From assembly GCA_016187025.1 (NCBI GenBank), contig JACPKM010000004.1, positions 228,887-292,886 of the forward strand: 64,000 nt of DNA, read 5' to 3'. The stretch comes from Candidatus Daviesbacteria bacterium. Lineage in GTDB: Bacteria > Patescibacteriota > Microgenomatia > Daviesbacterales > UBA10151. The position numbers were made by a program, and so were the translations under genes. Shown here piece after piece: positions 1 through 10,203 of the stretch; position 1 is the stretch's first letter; each line of letters starts with the position of its first letter. Below the pieces are notes generated by a model. The model was given only the letters and a program-made list of their open reading frames with translations. It did no database searches and had not been told where the DNA came from.

Positions 1-1
1 T

Positions 2-1195
2 AATGCCTGTGTTACTCCCACTACCGGTACTACTGCCTGCGCCCAGCCTACAAACCCAAATCCCCCATCCGGTTGTACCGGAGGGCTTTGTTGTGCTGTC
101 TGCGGGGACGGGATATGTGATGGGTATAACGGAGAAAATGCTTCTAATTGCAACAGTGATTGCGGATCAGGCGGAGGTGGGGGCGGTGGAGGTAGTAATC
201 CTTGCGACGGTTTAGCTGCTACAGGCAGAGGAGCAGGAGCATGTTGCAGTTCAGACAGCCAGTGTACAGATGGGCTTTGTTGTAACAGTAATGGTACGTG
301 CGGGACTTGTGGGAACATCAGGAGCCCTGGTACGGCCGGATGTGGCTTTAACTGTGCCGGAGGTGGCAATAGCCTTTGTGCAAACTTTTTGCATTGCGTT
401 GGGACTGATGAATCAATGAATCCGCCATATCCTCCCAAAGATACCTGCTGGGAACCAAGCCGAGGATTAGATGATCCATGCGGAGGCGACCATTGCAGCT
501 GTGGTGCCGGCCTTTTCTGCGGATGGACCGGCTCAGGTGCGAGATGCGTTTGTGCCACCTCATGCGCACCGGCAAGCTCTGTGGCCTGCGGAACTCAGGC
601 TAGAAACTGCGGTGCAGACTGCGGATACACCGGAACATATTGTCCGACCGCGGGTGAAGTATGCATAAGCAACCGGTGCCTGCCTCAGCCCAACCCTCCT
701 GTCCATGTCTGCTATCCGGCCTCCGGATTACCACAGGATATTGACCTGTGTAATAACGAAGCTGCCATCTCTTTGGCCAAGACAAACATCTCTTTAAAGA
801 ATGCCGGGCCGGCTAATGCCTGCAGCACCCATACATTCAGGTTTTGGATCTTTACCAATCCCGACTATATTACCGGCCCCCTTCCTCTGCCAAGCGGTGG
901 CAATAATCCTGCAGAGGTGGTCTATGATTCGGGCTGGATGACTTCTGACCTGAAAAATTTTAACCAGGTCTTATCCATATCTGCGGGTTTGGCTCTTGGT
1001 TATGACTCAATTTTGTTTGATGGTACTTCGTATTATTGGAGGGCCCAGGCCTGGTCGGAATCCTGTAACCTGTTTTCTGCCCTTTCCAATGCCTGGATGT
1101 TTAAATATACCCCTGTTGACCCGTATCTTCAAACTACCCAGGGGGATGTGCATACAAACAAAGAGATAGATGTTTCAGGCGGGCCTCCTAACTAA
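2..1195 (+). CDS. Cys/Gly-rich surface protein, 5'-partial (starts upstream of window)
   Basis: Frame is open from base 2 (NACVTPTTGTTACAQP...CGDGICDGYNGENASNCNSDCGSGGGGG...) and continues into the listed 389..1195 ORF; many Cys repeats; ends PYLQTTQGDVHTN. Confidence 0.85.
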   Translation, partial: NACVTPTTGTTACAQPTNPNPPSGCTGGLCCAVCGDGICDGYNGENASNCNSDCGSGGGGGGGGSNPCDGLAATGRGAGACCSSDSQCTDGLCCNSNGTCGTCGNIRSPGTAGCGFNCAGGGNSLCANFLHCVGTDESMNPPYPPKDTCWEPSRGLDDPCGGDHCSCGAGLFCGWTGSGARCVCATSCAPASSVACGTQARNCGADCGYTGTYCPTAGEVCISNRCLPQPNPPVHVCYPASGLPQDIDLCNNEAAISLAKTNISLKNAGPANACSTHTFRFWIFTNPDYITGPLPLPSGGNNPAEVVYDSGWMTSDLKNFNQVLSISAGLALGYDSILFDGTSYYWRAQAWSESCNLFSALSNAWMFKYTPVDPYLQTTQGDVHTNKEIDVSGGPPN

Positions 1196-1204
1196 ACCAA
1201 AAGA

Positions 1205-4200
1205 ATGAGAAAAATTAAGCTTGCTGCTACCGTAATCATAATACTTATATTAACAGTTATTTTTTCCATTCAATACCAAAGCCCTGTTTTTGCCCAAAGT
1301 TCATGTGACCCAGCCAACATTGGAACCAACCAATTAGTAGGATGTTTATATAACTGGACAAGCACAAGTAACTACTTTGCAACACTGGATACAGATGCCC
1401 CATCATCTGATATAATTTCCTCTGTAAATACCTCCCAAGTTGTTTTCGGGCACGATTGGGGTATAAGTTCTGCTTCAAGCACAACAGGAGCTGATACTTT
1501 CTCATCCAGATGGAAAGGTAATATTACCTTTCCGCCAGGGACATATAAATTCTATACCAACTCTGATGACGGAACTAGGGTATACCTCGGAGTTGGAAGC
1601 ACTGCAAACATACTTAAAAATAATGGTACTACAGCTTCCTGGTCTGACCATGCAGCAACTTTAAGGTTTGAATCAAACCCTGTTTATATTGGTACCCAAA
1701 CTAACCAGCTTGTTACTTTAGAATTCTATGAGAATACCACGAATGCTTCAATCATATTTGGTTGGGATTATTCCAAGGCTGACCTTTATATACCAGACCT
1801 TTCAGCACCAGGCCCATATTCCAGGGGAGGCAATTATACATTTACTGCTACAGTAACCAATGGGGGCCAGGGCGTATCTCCTGCAGTAAGAGGCAGGTTT
1901 TGTATAGATAACCCAAGTTGCAGCTCAAATACCTCGGGAAGGATAGGCATTGATGACATATTAATTAACAATTTTTCTTCAGGTTTTTCAACAACTATTA
2001 CTTCACCAACCTGGACAGCTACCACAGATTCCCACACTGTGACTTTTTGTGCTGATGTAGCGGGGGTGGTTAATGAGACAGATGAAACAAATAACTGCAG
2101 AACCACTGAATTTATTGTCTTGCAACGCTGCGAACCGAACACAGCTGGAACTAACCAGTTATTAGGTTGTATGTATAGCGGCACTAATTTTAATGCCCTC
2201 AGTATAACTGCACCTGAAGGAATTATACTATCCCCTCCTGCTTCCGCTGTACCTGATTCTGCCCTGGCTATCTCCCGGGACTGGGAGATTAGCCCAAACC
2301 TCACAGGTAGTTTAGGAACAACTGATTTCTCTGCCAGATGGAAAGGTAATTTTTACTTTAAAGCTGGAACTTATCATTTCCGCGGTGGGTCAGATGACGG
2401 TATAAGAGTATATATAGATGGAGTTTTGAAAACCGGAGATTTAGAAGAATGGATAAACAGAAGTTATAGTGAGCATGGCCTTTTTTCTGTCACTTTCGAT
2501 GCACCAGGGTACTACCTGGTAACACTTGAGTATTATCAAGGAACAGGGGGTGCCAAAGTAAAATTGGGTTGGGATAAGGACCAGTCTACCTCTTCCGACC
2601 CGGTTAGTCTTTCTTTTTGTCAATCTAACGAACGGAACGAAGGCTTGATTTCTGCCAAAAGCATTACGGATGAGAGTATTTTTGGTAACCTGAACCAAAT
2701 TTGTGTAGTGGACCCGGAAAAAGCACCCTTTGTCCCTTTTAAAATCCCCAAATATGATGATTTGAAATCAATTTACTTTGACCAGGCTAAACAACCAGCC
2801 TCTTTCACCAAACATGAATCCCTAACAGGTGATAAAAACCACAATGATATTTCAACGGCAGGCAGTACCAGCCATTTGTATCATATAAAAAAAACCACTC
2901 CATTCTCTGCCGATGGTAACCTAAGCATTAGGGGTAATTTTCTAGGTGACCAAACCGGTACTCAAACCAGAGTAGTGTTTGTTGACGGCGATTTAAATAT
3001 AGGCCCTACGCCAAATAACACGTTTAAACATGGGGATGGACAATCGGGCATAGTGTTTGTAGTAAAGGGAGATATAAATATAGACAAGGGTATGGAAGAA
3101 ATTGACGGGGTATATATTTCTGAAGGGAACATATGCACATCCTTTAATGGCATAAGCTGCGATATCGTTGACATCCGGGTCTTTACATCCCAACTAATAG
3201 TCAACGGAAGCCTTATTTCCTTAAACCCGGCAAAGCCTATACAATTCAGAAGAAACTTAATTGATAATACTGAGCCCGGGGAAAAGGTTATTACTCAGGT
3301 AAAATATCTGGTAATCTTAAAAGATATATTTTCAGATACTTTACAAAGATGGTCTGAAATTCCGGCAGATGTGCCGATTCCCGGAAGCCTATGCGGTGCT
3401 GCCAGAACATCCTCGGATTGTCGACAGAGAAGTATATATGGTGCCGGTGCATGCGAATGGAAAGAGTGTAACAGTGGGGTTGTTTCAGCTTGCTGGCCCG
3501 AGGGAACAAGCGACTTAATTGCCTGTCCGCTTTCAGCCACTTGTACAGCCAATTCTACCTTTGTTGGAATAAACCAAGATGTAGTATGGAATATACAGGC
3601 CTCAGGCGGAATTAATACTCCCTATGAATATTTTTGGAATGAAGGCGCGGGTCTGGCAGCAGGCAATCAAACCCTAACCAAAAGATATACAACTACAAAT
3701 GATGCTGTTAATGTTTCAATCAGGGTTGAGCAATCAGGTAGTAGTCAATACGCTACTAATGCCTGTCCTACAGTTTCTGTTGGATGTATGAAGTATGTAG
3801 ATAGTGATGGAGATACTTATGGAGATGAAGATGGAGAGCTGCAACGGATAGATTGCTCTACAGCCGGGTATGTTGCCAATAATACTGACTGTGATGATAG
3901 TAATAATAAAATTTATCAAACTTTATCTACAGCAGCAAGAGATGAAGACAGAGACGGTTACACTCCGGCCGCTGTATCTAATCAATGCGTGGGTGGGACA
4001 TCTGCTATCAGCGGCAGGACTTATTATAAAGATGCAGCAGGCGCTTTTACCTGGTTAGCTGCAGCTTCTACAAGCATAGATTGCTATGATAAAAATGCCA
4101 TTGCTCATCCATATCCATCTGGCAGCAACCCCGCTTACCAGACAGTACGCAGGGGAGGAGCGGCTGTCACCGCCATCTCTACTAATCCTGATTCAGCAAG

Positions 4201-4480
4201 GAATTCAGGTTACTCCTTTGACTATAATTGTAATGGAAAAGTAGACATGAACCGTAGTACGCGAAGAACTGGAACAGATTATTGCGAAGATACTGGTAAT
4301 AATGTAAGTTATTATAAAAGCTGTGGTGATGTGAACATTGGAGAGGCTGAATGTGGCACAACAGTTTCCATTGCATGTACATCCTCCACGGTTTGTAATA
4401 CGAAATGTGGTCCAGATGGTTGTTACTTTACTGCATACCAGGGAGATAATAACAATACTCAAACAGTTGCGTGTTATTAA
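1205..4480 (+). CDS. Large secreted adhesin-like protein: 2 PA14 domains, CARDB-like Ig domain, CPR pilus-associated beta domain, Cys/Asp metal-binding repeats
   Basis: N-terminal signal peptide; FSSRWKG..YKFYTNSDDGTRVYL and FSARWKG..YHFRGGSDDGIRVYIDG (PA14); TATVTNGG..ADVAGVVNETDETNN (CARDB); DSDGDTYGD/DCDDSN/DCYDKN/FDYNCNG repeats. Confidence 0.85.
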   Translation: MRKIKLAATVIIILILTVIFSIQYQSPVFAQSSCDPANIGTNQLVGCLYNWTSTSNYFATLDTDAPSSDIISSVNTSQVVFGHDWGISSASSTTGADTFSSRWKGNITFPPGTYKFYTNSDDGTRVYLGVGSTANILKNNGTTASWSDHAATLRFESNPVYIGTQTNQLVTLEFYENTTNASIIFGWDYSKADLYIPDLSAPGPYSRGGNYTFTATVTNGGQGVSPAVRGRFCIDNPSCSSNTSGRIGIDDILINNFSSGFSTTITSPTWTATTDSHTVTFCADVAGVVNETDETNNCRTTEFIVLQRCEPNTAGTNQLLGCMYSGTNFNALSITAPEGIILSPPASAVPDSALAISRDWEISPNLTGSLGTTDFSARWKGNFYFKAGTYHFRGGSDDGIRVYIDGVLKTGDLEEWINRSYSEHGLFSVTFDAPGYYLVTLEYYQGTGGAKVKLGWDKDQSTSSDPVSLSFCQSNERNEGLISAKSITDESIFGNLNQICVVDPEKAPFVPFKIPKYDDLKSIYFDQAKQPASFTKHESLTGDKNHNDISTAGSTSHLYHIKKTTPFSADGNLSIRGNFLGDQTGTQTRVVFVDGDLNIGPTPNNTFKHGDGQSGIVFVVKGDINIDKGMEEIDGVYISEGNICTSFNGISCDIVDIRVFTSQLIVNGSLISLNPAKPIQFRRNLIDNTEPGEKVITQVKYLVILKDIFSDTLQRWSEIPADVPIPGSLCGAARTSSDCRQRSIYGAGACEWKECNSGVVSACWPEGTSDLIACPLSATCTANSTFVGINQDVVWNIQASGGINTPYEYFWNEGAGLAAGNQTLTKRYTTTNDAVNVSIRVEQSGSSQYATNACPTVSVGCMKYVDSDGDTYGDEDGELQRIDCSTAGYVANNTDCDDSNNKIYQTLSTAARDEDRDGYTPAAVSNQCVGGTSAISGRTYYKDAAGAFTWLAAASTSIDCYDKNAIAHPYPSGSNPAYQTVRRGGAAVTAISTNPDSARNSGYSFDYNCNGKVDMNRSTRRTGTDYCEDTGNNVSYYKSCGDVNIGEAECGTTVSIACTSSTVCNTKCGPDGCYFTAYQGDNNNTQTVACY

Positions 4481-4569
4481 ACACCTCCCTCTTGACTTAA
4501 GGGTGGAAATTATGAATAAATGTAATAAAGGACGAAAAAATTTTACATCGTCTATTTTTAAGAAAGGGG

Positions 4570-5154
4570 GTGAAAATTTTGAGAAAAACTGCTCATTTGC
4601 GGGTTTACCGCAATTTAATCTCTTCAAAGAAACCTTCAGGTTTCACATTAGTTGAACTCTTAGTTGTTATTGCAATTATTGCAGTTCTGGCAGCAGTTAT
4701 TGTGCTCATTATTAACCCTCTTGAGTTAACCAGGAGAAGCAGGGATGCAGCCCGTCTTACAGACCTTTCTAACTTGCAGCAAGCAATTAATGTTGCTGTG
4801 CAGGAGGCTACAACATCCGGTGCAGCTATTCTATGTAAGAGCGCGGGAGCATATCCTTGTAATGGCTCTTCTCATACGGGTACCAGGGCTTCGGATGGTA
4901 CAGGATGGGTTAAAGCTGATCTGAGTGCACAAAAAAGCGTTTCAGTTCCAACATTACCTATTGATCCGATTAACGACACAGCAAAACATTATACATACTG
5001 TGCAGATACTGATGCATGGGAGATCAATACCGCATTAGAGTCGGACCAGCTTAAGGTGAAGATGACCAGTGACGGTGGTGACGAGGATGATAAGTATGAA
5101 GTTGGGTCGAAACTGGATTTAATTATGGCAACCGGAGGATCTTGTACATATTAA
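4570..5154 (+). CDS. Type IV pilin (candidate major pilin); start may be TTG at 4579
   Basis: Class III signal G|FTLVELLVVIAIIAVLA; strong SD-like AGGGGGTG upstream. Confidence 0.9.
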   Translation: MKILRKTAHLRVYRNLISSKKPSGFTLVELLVVIAIIAVLAAVIVLIINPLELTRRSRDAARLTDLSNLQQAINVAVQEATTSGAAILCKSAGAYPCNGSSHTGTRASDGTGWVKADLSAQKSVSVPTLPIDPINDTAKHYTYCADTDAWEINTALESDQLKVKMTSDGGDEDDKYEVGSKLDLIMATGGSCTY

Positions 5155-6050
5155 TGTTTAGTATTTGGTTTGGTTTAATAGTTGGAGCGGTTTTAGGCAG
5201 CTTTATCAAGGCAATTGCTGATAGAAGCTTACAAAACCGCTCCTTTTTTGGCAGGTCAAACTGCCAAAGATGCAATAAAAATATTGCCTGGTATGACCTT
5301 TTTCCTATAATTTCCTTTTTAATCCTTCGGGGTAAATGTAGAAATTGCGGTAAAAACATTGGGAAAGAGTATGTTTTGGTGGAGGTGGTATCAGCAGTAA
5401 TATTTGCCTTTTTTTTCTTCCAAATTTTTAAAACTTTTCCCGGGACGGAAAATTTACTAAAACTTACACTTTTTTTAGCTGATTTAGCTACAAAAACCTT
5501 TTTTATAACTATACTTTTGATTTTAACTATTACAGACCTTAAAAAAATGCTGATTCCTGACCGGGTAATACTCCCCTCTTTGCTTATTCTGGGAGCATTA
5601 CTGGTTCTTTTCACCGGTTATAAAATTTGGTATCTATATTATTCCCTTTCTCAAAACCCAATTGGTCTATATTTACTCCCCCCCCACAGTGATTATTTCA
5701 TCAGGCATGTTTTAGCCATAATAGATCCCCTTAAGTGGTCATTTTTAATGTTAGTTTTAATTTCCGGTTTTTTTATAACGTTAATTTTAATAACTAAAGG
5801 AAAAGGGATGGGGGGCGGTGATGTTAAGCTGGGAGCATTTATGGGCCTTGGTTTGGGGTTTCCAGGTGCACTGGTGGGGATAATGGTTGCCTTTTTTTCA
5901 GGGGCAATAATTTCGCTTTTTTTAATAGCTTTCAGAAAGAAAAGTTTTGGGGAGTCTGTTCCTTTTGGCCCCTTTTTAGTTTTAGGTAGTGTAATTGCCC
6001 TATTTTGGCAAACTGCAATTATTAATTGGTATTTAAACCTTTCGTTTTGA
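5154..6050 (+). CDS. pilD: Prepilin peptidase (A24)
   Basis: GRSNCQRC...LRGKCRNC zinc motifs, TDL and GMGGGDVKL aspartate motifs, PFGPFL; ATG at 5154 overlaps pilin stop (TAATG). Confidence 0.95.
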   Translation: MFSIWFGLIVGAVLGSFIKAIADRSLQNRSFFGRSNCQRCNKNIAWYDLFPIISFLILRGKCRNCGKNIGKEYVLVEVVSAVIFAFFFFQIFKTFPGTENLLKLTLFLADLATKTFFITILLILTITDLKKMLIPDRVILPSLLILGALLVLFTGYKIWYLYYSLSQNPIGLYLLPPHSDYFIRHVLAIIDPLKWSFLMLVLISGFFITLILITKGKGMGGGDVKLGAFMGLGLGFPGALVGIMVAFFSGAIISLFLIAFRKKSFGESVPFGPFLVLGSVIALFWQTAIINWYLNLSF

Positions 6051-6076
6051 GGCTAATTTTTCAAAAATCTGATATA

Positions 6077-6106
6077 TTGACAAGGTTTAGCAGTTGTGTG
6101 TACTAT
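6077..6106 (+). promoter_or_regulatory. Candidate sigma70 promoter for downstream pilin cluster
   Basis: TTGACA-18 nt-TACTAT, 10 nt before ATG 6117. Confidence 0.5.
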
Positions 6107-6116
6107 TAATTTAGTT

Positions 6117-6605
6117 ATGAAAAAGTTACTGCCCAAATCCGCAAATAACCCCAAAGGTTTTACTTTAATAGAGCTTTTGGTGGTTATCACAATAATTGCA
6201 ATACTGGCTACAGTAGGGGTGATATCGTACACGAATGTACAAAAGAGAGCCAGGGATGACAGAAGAATACAAGATGTTAACCAGATAATTGCAGCATGGT
6301 TAACTAATACACCTGCAGGTGGGCAACCAGGAGCTCTTGATGCCACCTGGTTTGCAAACGGCCAGGTTCCTACGGATCCTATGACCGGTCAGATGAAATG
6401 TGGAACAAATAATACTGCTACATGTAAATACTGTTTGAGAACAAATGCAGATTTTTGCTCTGCACCAGATGAAGATGGGAATGGGGGTGATACTGAGGTA
6501 ATCGATGAGATGAATCCAACAGTTCCTTTGACTGTTTGTGCAAATATGGAAAATGATATCAAAACCGGAACTGCTATAACTAGATATTATTGTAAGTCTA
6601 TATAA
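6117..6605 (+). CDS. Type IV pilin
   Basis: KG|FTLIELLVVITIIAILA, RARDDRRIQD helix; ATG 6117 preferred over GTG 6096. Confidence 0.9.
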   Translation: MKKLLPKSANNPKGFTLIELLVVITIIAILATVGVISYTNVQKRARDDRRIQDVNQIIAAWLTNTPAGGQPGALDATWFANGQVPTDPMTGQMKCGTNNTATCKYCLRTNADFCSAPDEDGNGGDTEVIDEMNPTVPLTVCANMENDIKTGTAITRYYCKSI

Positions 6606-6620
6606 ACCCTTCTTAGGTTA

Positions 6621-7139
6621 ATGTACATCTGGCCAAACTCTCTGAAAGGCAGAAGAAATAATTTTGGATTTACCATGGTTGAGTTGCTGGTGGTAATTAC
6701 CATTATTGCCATCCTTACAACCATTGGAGTTGTTTCATATAGCAGGATAATGGCAAATACCAGGGATTCAAAAAGAGCTACTGATTTAAACATTGTCCAG
6801 AGCGCCCTGGAGCAATACCATGCTGACCAACACTATTATCCCGCTGCAATAAGCTTTACTGACTCATTTACAAATCAAACCGGTAATCCCATTACCATAC
6901 CACTAGCTTCCATCATAACTTATTTAAATGAAATGCCGTCTGATCCCCTATCCACCCGTCTGTACAATTATGCAGCTTCTCCAACCGGCTGCACAAATAG
7001 CAGTGGTAGTATTTGCAAAAGTTATTGTTTATATGCCAAGGTGGAAAACCCCACTAAAAATGCAAAAGCCCGGGCAGATTGCCCAACATTAACAATCGAC
7101 GAAACAACAACCTATGATTTAGAAATGGGTCCTCCTTAA
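6621..7139 (+). CDS. Type IV pilin, GspG-like
   Basis: FG|FTMVELLVVITII; RDSKRATDL..VQSALEQY...YP; YLNEMPSDP. Confidence 0.9.
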   Translation: MYIWPNSLKGRRNNFGFTMVELLVVITIIAILTTIGVVSYSRIMANTRDSKRATDLNIVQSALEQYHADQHYYPAAISFTDSFTNQTGNPITIPLASIITYLNEMPSDPLSTRLYNYAASPTGCTNSSGSICKSYCLYAKVENPTKNAKARADCPTLTIDETTTYDLEMGPP

Positions 7140-7179
7140 ATCTCTAGTAACTTAAATTTAAATATGCTACCGTTAATAT

Positions 7180-7719
7180 ATGCCCAAAGGTTTCACCCTT
7201 GTAGAAATTTTAGTTGTTGTGACAATTATAGGTGTTTTATCAGCTACTACCTTTGTCAAGTTAGGCCCAGTCACATCTGTGCAAATAATAAATAAAGCCT
7301 TGACAGAAACCCAGAGTTTAATAAGAACTGCCCAAAGCAATGCTACAACTTCAACCATCTGTGACACTAGAAGCGCCCTTTCCTGGTCTGTATACTTTGA
7401 CAGTACTGACCAGACTAAAATATACTTAAAATGCAATGACCGAACTACCCCAATAAAAACCCTAGCTTTAGAAAAAGCCAAAATAGAATCTATTGCCGGT
7501 AACGGAAACTCCTGTTTTAGCCAAGGAGCTACCACTTCTTATCCTACATCAAATGTCACAATAAAATTTTATACTTTGTACAGCAAAATGGAGTTTTTAG
7601 GGGATGATTGTATAGCTGAAAGTACAAGGCTGACAGTAACTCTAAAGACAGATAATACCTCAGTAGAAAAAACTACTGATTTTACAATAGACCAGGGCGG
7701 AGGCATTAATGTCAACTAA
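7180..7719 (+). CDS. Minor pilin (FimU/GspH-like)
   Basis: KG|FTLVEILVVVTII; position ahead of PilV/W/X-like genes. Confidence 0.85.
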   Translation: MPKGFTLVEILVVVTIIGVLSATTFVKLGPVTSVQIINKALTETQSLIRTAQSNATTSTICDTRSALSWSVYFDSTDQTKIYLKCNDRTTPIKTLALEKAKIESIAGNGNSCFSQGATTSYPTSNVTIKFYTLYSKMEFLGDDCIAESTRLTVTLKTDNTSVEKTTDFTIDQGGGINVN

Positions 7720-8239
7720 AAATTCATCACAAAGCGGCCAGAGCTTAATTGAACTTATTATAGTTATTATGCTGGGAGTTTTAATTGTGGGGGCCCTGAC
7801 TTTTGCCACAATTGCCTCATTGAGAAATTCCCAGCTTGCAAAAACCCAATCCCAGGCTACAAAACTGGCTCAGGAGGGATTGGAAGCTGTCAGAAGGATC
7901 AGGGATGCTGATAAAAGGGTAACCTACACCTATGTTCCCAGCAGCGGAACCTCTACAACGACTGATGAATTTAGTGATTTATGGTCAGTCCCCTGCCCTT
8001 CAACCGGCAAGTGCTATTTTATTCTATCAAGTTCAAATACTGTTCTTCAGGAAGGGGGTTCAAGTAGCTATGAAGATATTTCAGGGAGGTTTACAAGGAG
8101 GTTTACAAGGCAGGTGATAATAGAAGATGGAAAAAGTACCGGAGTGGAAAAACTGGTGACGGTTTTGGTCAAATGGACTGATTTTGCCGGTGAACATGAA
8201 TCCAAGGTAACAACAATTCTAAGAAATAGAGATCTGTAA
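7709..8239 (+). CDS. Minor pilin, PilV-like (set 1)
   Basis: SG|QSLIELIIVI; QATKLAQEGLEAVRRIRD; VTVLVKW. Confidence 0.85.
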   Translation: MSTKNSSQSGQSLIELIIVIMLGVLIVGALTFATIASLRNSQLAKTQSQATKLAQEGLEAVRRIRDADKRVTYTYVPSSGTSTTTDEFSDLWSVPCPSTGKCYFILSSSNTVLQEGGSSSYEDISGRFTRRFTRQVIIEDGKSTGVEKLVTVLVKWTDFAGEHESKVTTILRNRDL

Positions 8240-8241
8240 AA

Positions 8242-8871
8242 ATGCAAAAAATATTAAATAAAAAGGGGTTTACACTTGTTGAAATGCTGGTGGTTATTGC
8301 CATACTGGGTATTTTTGGTTTAATGATGAGTGTTATATATATCCGTTCTTTAAAGGGAAGTTATAAATCCGAAGTTCTTTCTGCAATTAAAAGAAACGGA
8401 CAGCAGGTTTTGGAGGTAATGGATAAAACAATCCGTAATGCTGATAATATAGTTTGTGTAAATAATGCTTTCACTACTAATGATAGGACTTTAAAAGTAA
8501 TTGTTGTAGAGAAAGAAGGAAAATATACCAGATTTAGCTATATCCCCCCTGTTACCTCATCTCCAAAAAGGAACGGTTATATAGCCCAGGATAATTTAGA
8601 CTATGATCCAAATGAGTTACCATCTACTTTATGCGCGGAAAATATTGAGCAGGCATCTTCAACTTATAAAGTATTAACAGACAGCACACCTGCTGCTGGT
8701 TCTGGTTTGAGCGTCTCAGTTACAGATGCAGAAATTACCAGTGACAAATTGGCAGGGTTTAAGGACTTGGTTACCATATCTTTGTCAATTGAAGAAGGGG
8801 TTTCAATTTCATCTGATTTGGCAGGAGAAATTAGTCCGGAGACATTCCAAACAACCATTCAGTTGAGGTAA
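8242..8871 (+). CDS. Minor pilin, PilW-like (set 1)
   Basis: KG|FTLVEMLVVI; VMDKTIRNA; C-terminal FQTTIQLR. Confidence 0.85.
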   Translation: MQKILNKKGFTLVEMLVVIAILGIFGLMMSVIYIRSLKGSYKSEVLSAIKRNGQQVLEVMDKTIRNADNIVCVNNAFTTNDRTLKVIVVEKEGKYTRFSYIPPVTSSPKRNGYIAQDNLDYDPNELPSTLCAENIEQASSTYKVLTDSTPAAGSGLSVSVTDAEITSDKLAGFKDLVTISLSIEEGVSISSDLAGEISPETFQTTIQLR

Positions 8872-8881
8872 TATTAAAATA

Positions 8882-9781
8882 ATGAAAATCCACCAAACTC
8901 AGGGACAAACAATATTAATTTTACTCCTGGTAATGAGTGTGGCTTTGGCTTTAGGAGTTTCAATTATCCAAAGGAGCTTAACTGATGTTGCTACCTCCAC
9001 AAAAGTTGAGCAATCTACCAGGGCGTTTTATACAGCTGAAGCTGGTATAGAGAGGGCCTTAACAGGTGATAGTACGGGAGTAACCTTCAGTGATAACAAC
9101 TCACAAGCTATAGTTTTTGATTCAGGATTACTTCCCGCCCAGTCTACGCAGGAAGGCCAAGCAGGACAAGCTTTGGAATATCCCCCGGTATCTAAAGAAG
9201 ATATTGCCCAAGTCTGGTTGGCGAATCCTTCTACAAACCCTATGGCCCCTCATTACAGGCAATCTTCGCTAGATATATATTGGGGTGAACAAAATATTAA
9301 TACTACAGACTCTGATAATATGCCAGCAATTGCAATTGTACTTATTTATGAAGACCAGGGGGAATATAAGGCATCACGGTTTTATTTAGATTCTGATTTC
9401 AGGAGGATAGAATCTAACGGATTTAGGGATGCTACAATTGGGTCCGGTTCATGTGGGAATATATCTATAGAGACTAGTATGGGGCCAGGCCGGAGGTTTT
9501 ATTGTAAGTATACCCTGACAGATTTACCTTTAAGCATGATACTGCTAAGAGCAAGGATGTTATACAATAAATCAAACCAACCCTTTGCAGTCGGACCTAA
9601 ATGCGTAAACGATGACCCTGATTACCCAAATGATTGTTCTCTGCCCCCGCAAGCTAGAGTGATTACATCAATTGGTGTTTCCGGTGAAACTGAAAGAAGA
9701 GTACAGCTATTTAAACTCGATAAAGTAGTTCCGCCGTACTTTGATTACGCTATTTTCTCTGCCGGAGAAATATCTAAATAA
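8882..9781 (+). CDS. PilX-like minor pilin (set 1)
   Basis: QG|QTILILLLV lacking Glu5; RAFYTAEAGIERAL PilX N-terminal motif. Confidence 0.85.
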   Translation: MKIHQTQGQTILILLLVMSVALALGVSIIQRSLTDVATSTKVEQSTRAFYTAEAGIERALTGDSTGVTFSDNNSQAIVFDSGLLPAQSTQEGQAGQALEYPPVSKEDIAQVWLANPSTNPMAPHYRQSSLDIYWGEQNINTTDSDNMPAIAIVLIYEDQGEYKASRFYLDSDFRRIESNGFRDATIGSGSCGNISIETSMGPGRRFYCKYTLTDLPLSMILLRARMLYNKSNQPFAVGPKCVNDDPDYPNDCSLPPQARVITSIGVSGETERRVQLFKLDKVVPPYFDYAIFSAGEISK

Positions 9782-10203
9782 TGAACTTTTTCCGTAAAAA
9801 TCTGTTTCCACAAAGAGGCTTTTCTTTAATAGAGATTATGCTGGCAATTTCAACAATCTCTATCTTAATTATTTTAATCGCCAGTTTCCCCAATGCTATT
9901 AACTTAGTCACTAAAAGCCAGCATCAGAGCCTGGCAAGAGAAATCATATCCAAACAAATTGAAGATTTAAGAAGCCTTTCGTATATAAATTTGAGCTTAG
10001 GAGAAACACAACTGCTGGATTCGCGGCTGTCATTGCTTCCCAATGGAAACGGAAAAGTATTAGTTGAAAGCTGTGACGGAACTACTTGCTCAAATAATGA
10101 AAAAACTAAAAAAATTACTGTTAGGGTTTCTTGGAAAGAAGGTTCAAGAACTCAGGATGTCAATGTTTCAACCTTAATATCTGAAGGGGGCTTAAGTAAA
10201 TGA
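9781..10203 (+). CDS. Minor pilin, PilV-like (set 2)
   Basis: RG|FSLIEIMLAI; IEDLRS; KKITVRVSW. Confidence 0.85.
   Translation: MNFFRKNLFPQRGFSLIEIMLAISTISILIILIASFPNAINLVTKSQHQSLAREIISKQIEDLRSLSYINLSLGETQLLDSRLSLLPNGNGKVLVESCDGTTCSNNEKTKKITVRVSWKEGSRTQDVNVSTLISEGGLSK

Noticed and set aside
3-785. Alternative-frame ORFs over the Cys-rich gene, and other antisense ORFs throughout the track
   Set aside because: Overlap well-supported genes and show no motifs
8085-8110. 12-bp tandem duplication (RFTRRFTR) in the PilV-like gene
   Set aside because: Single in-frame slippage-type duplication with no further structure
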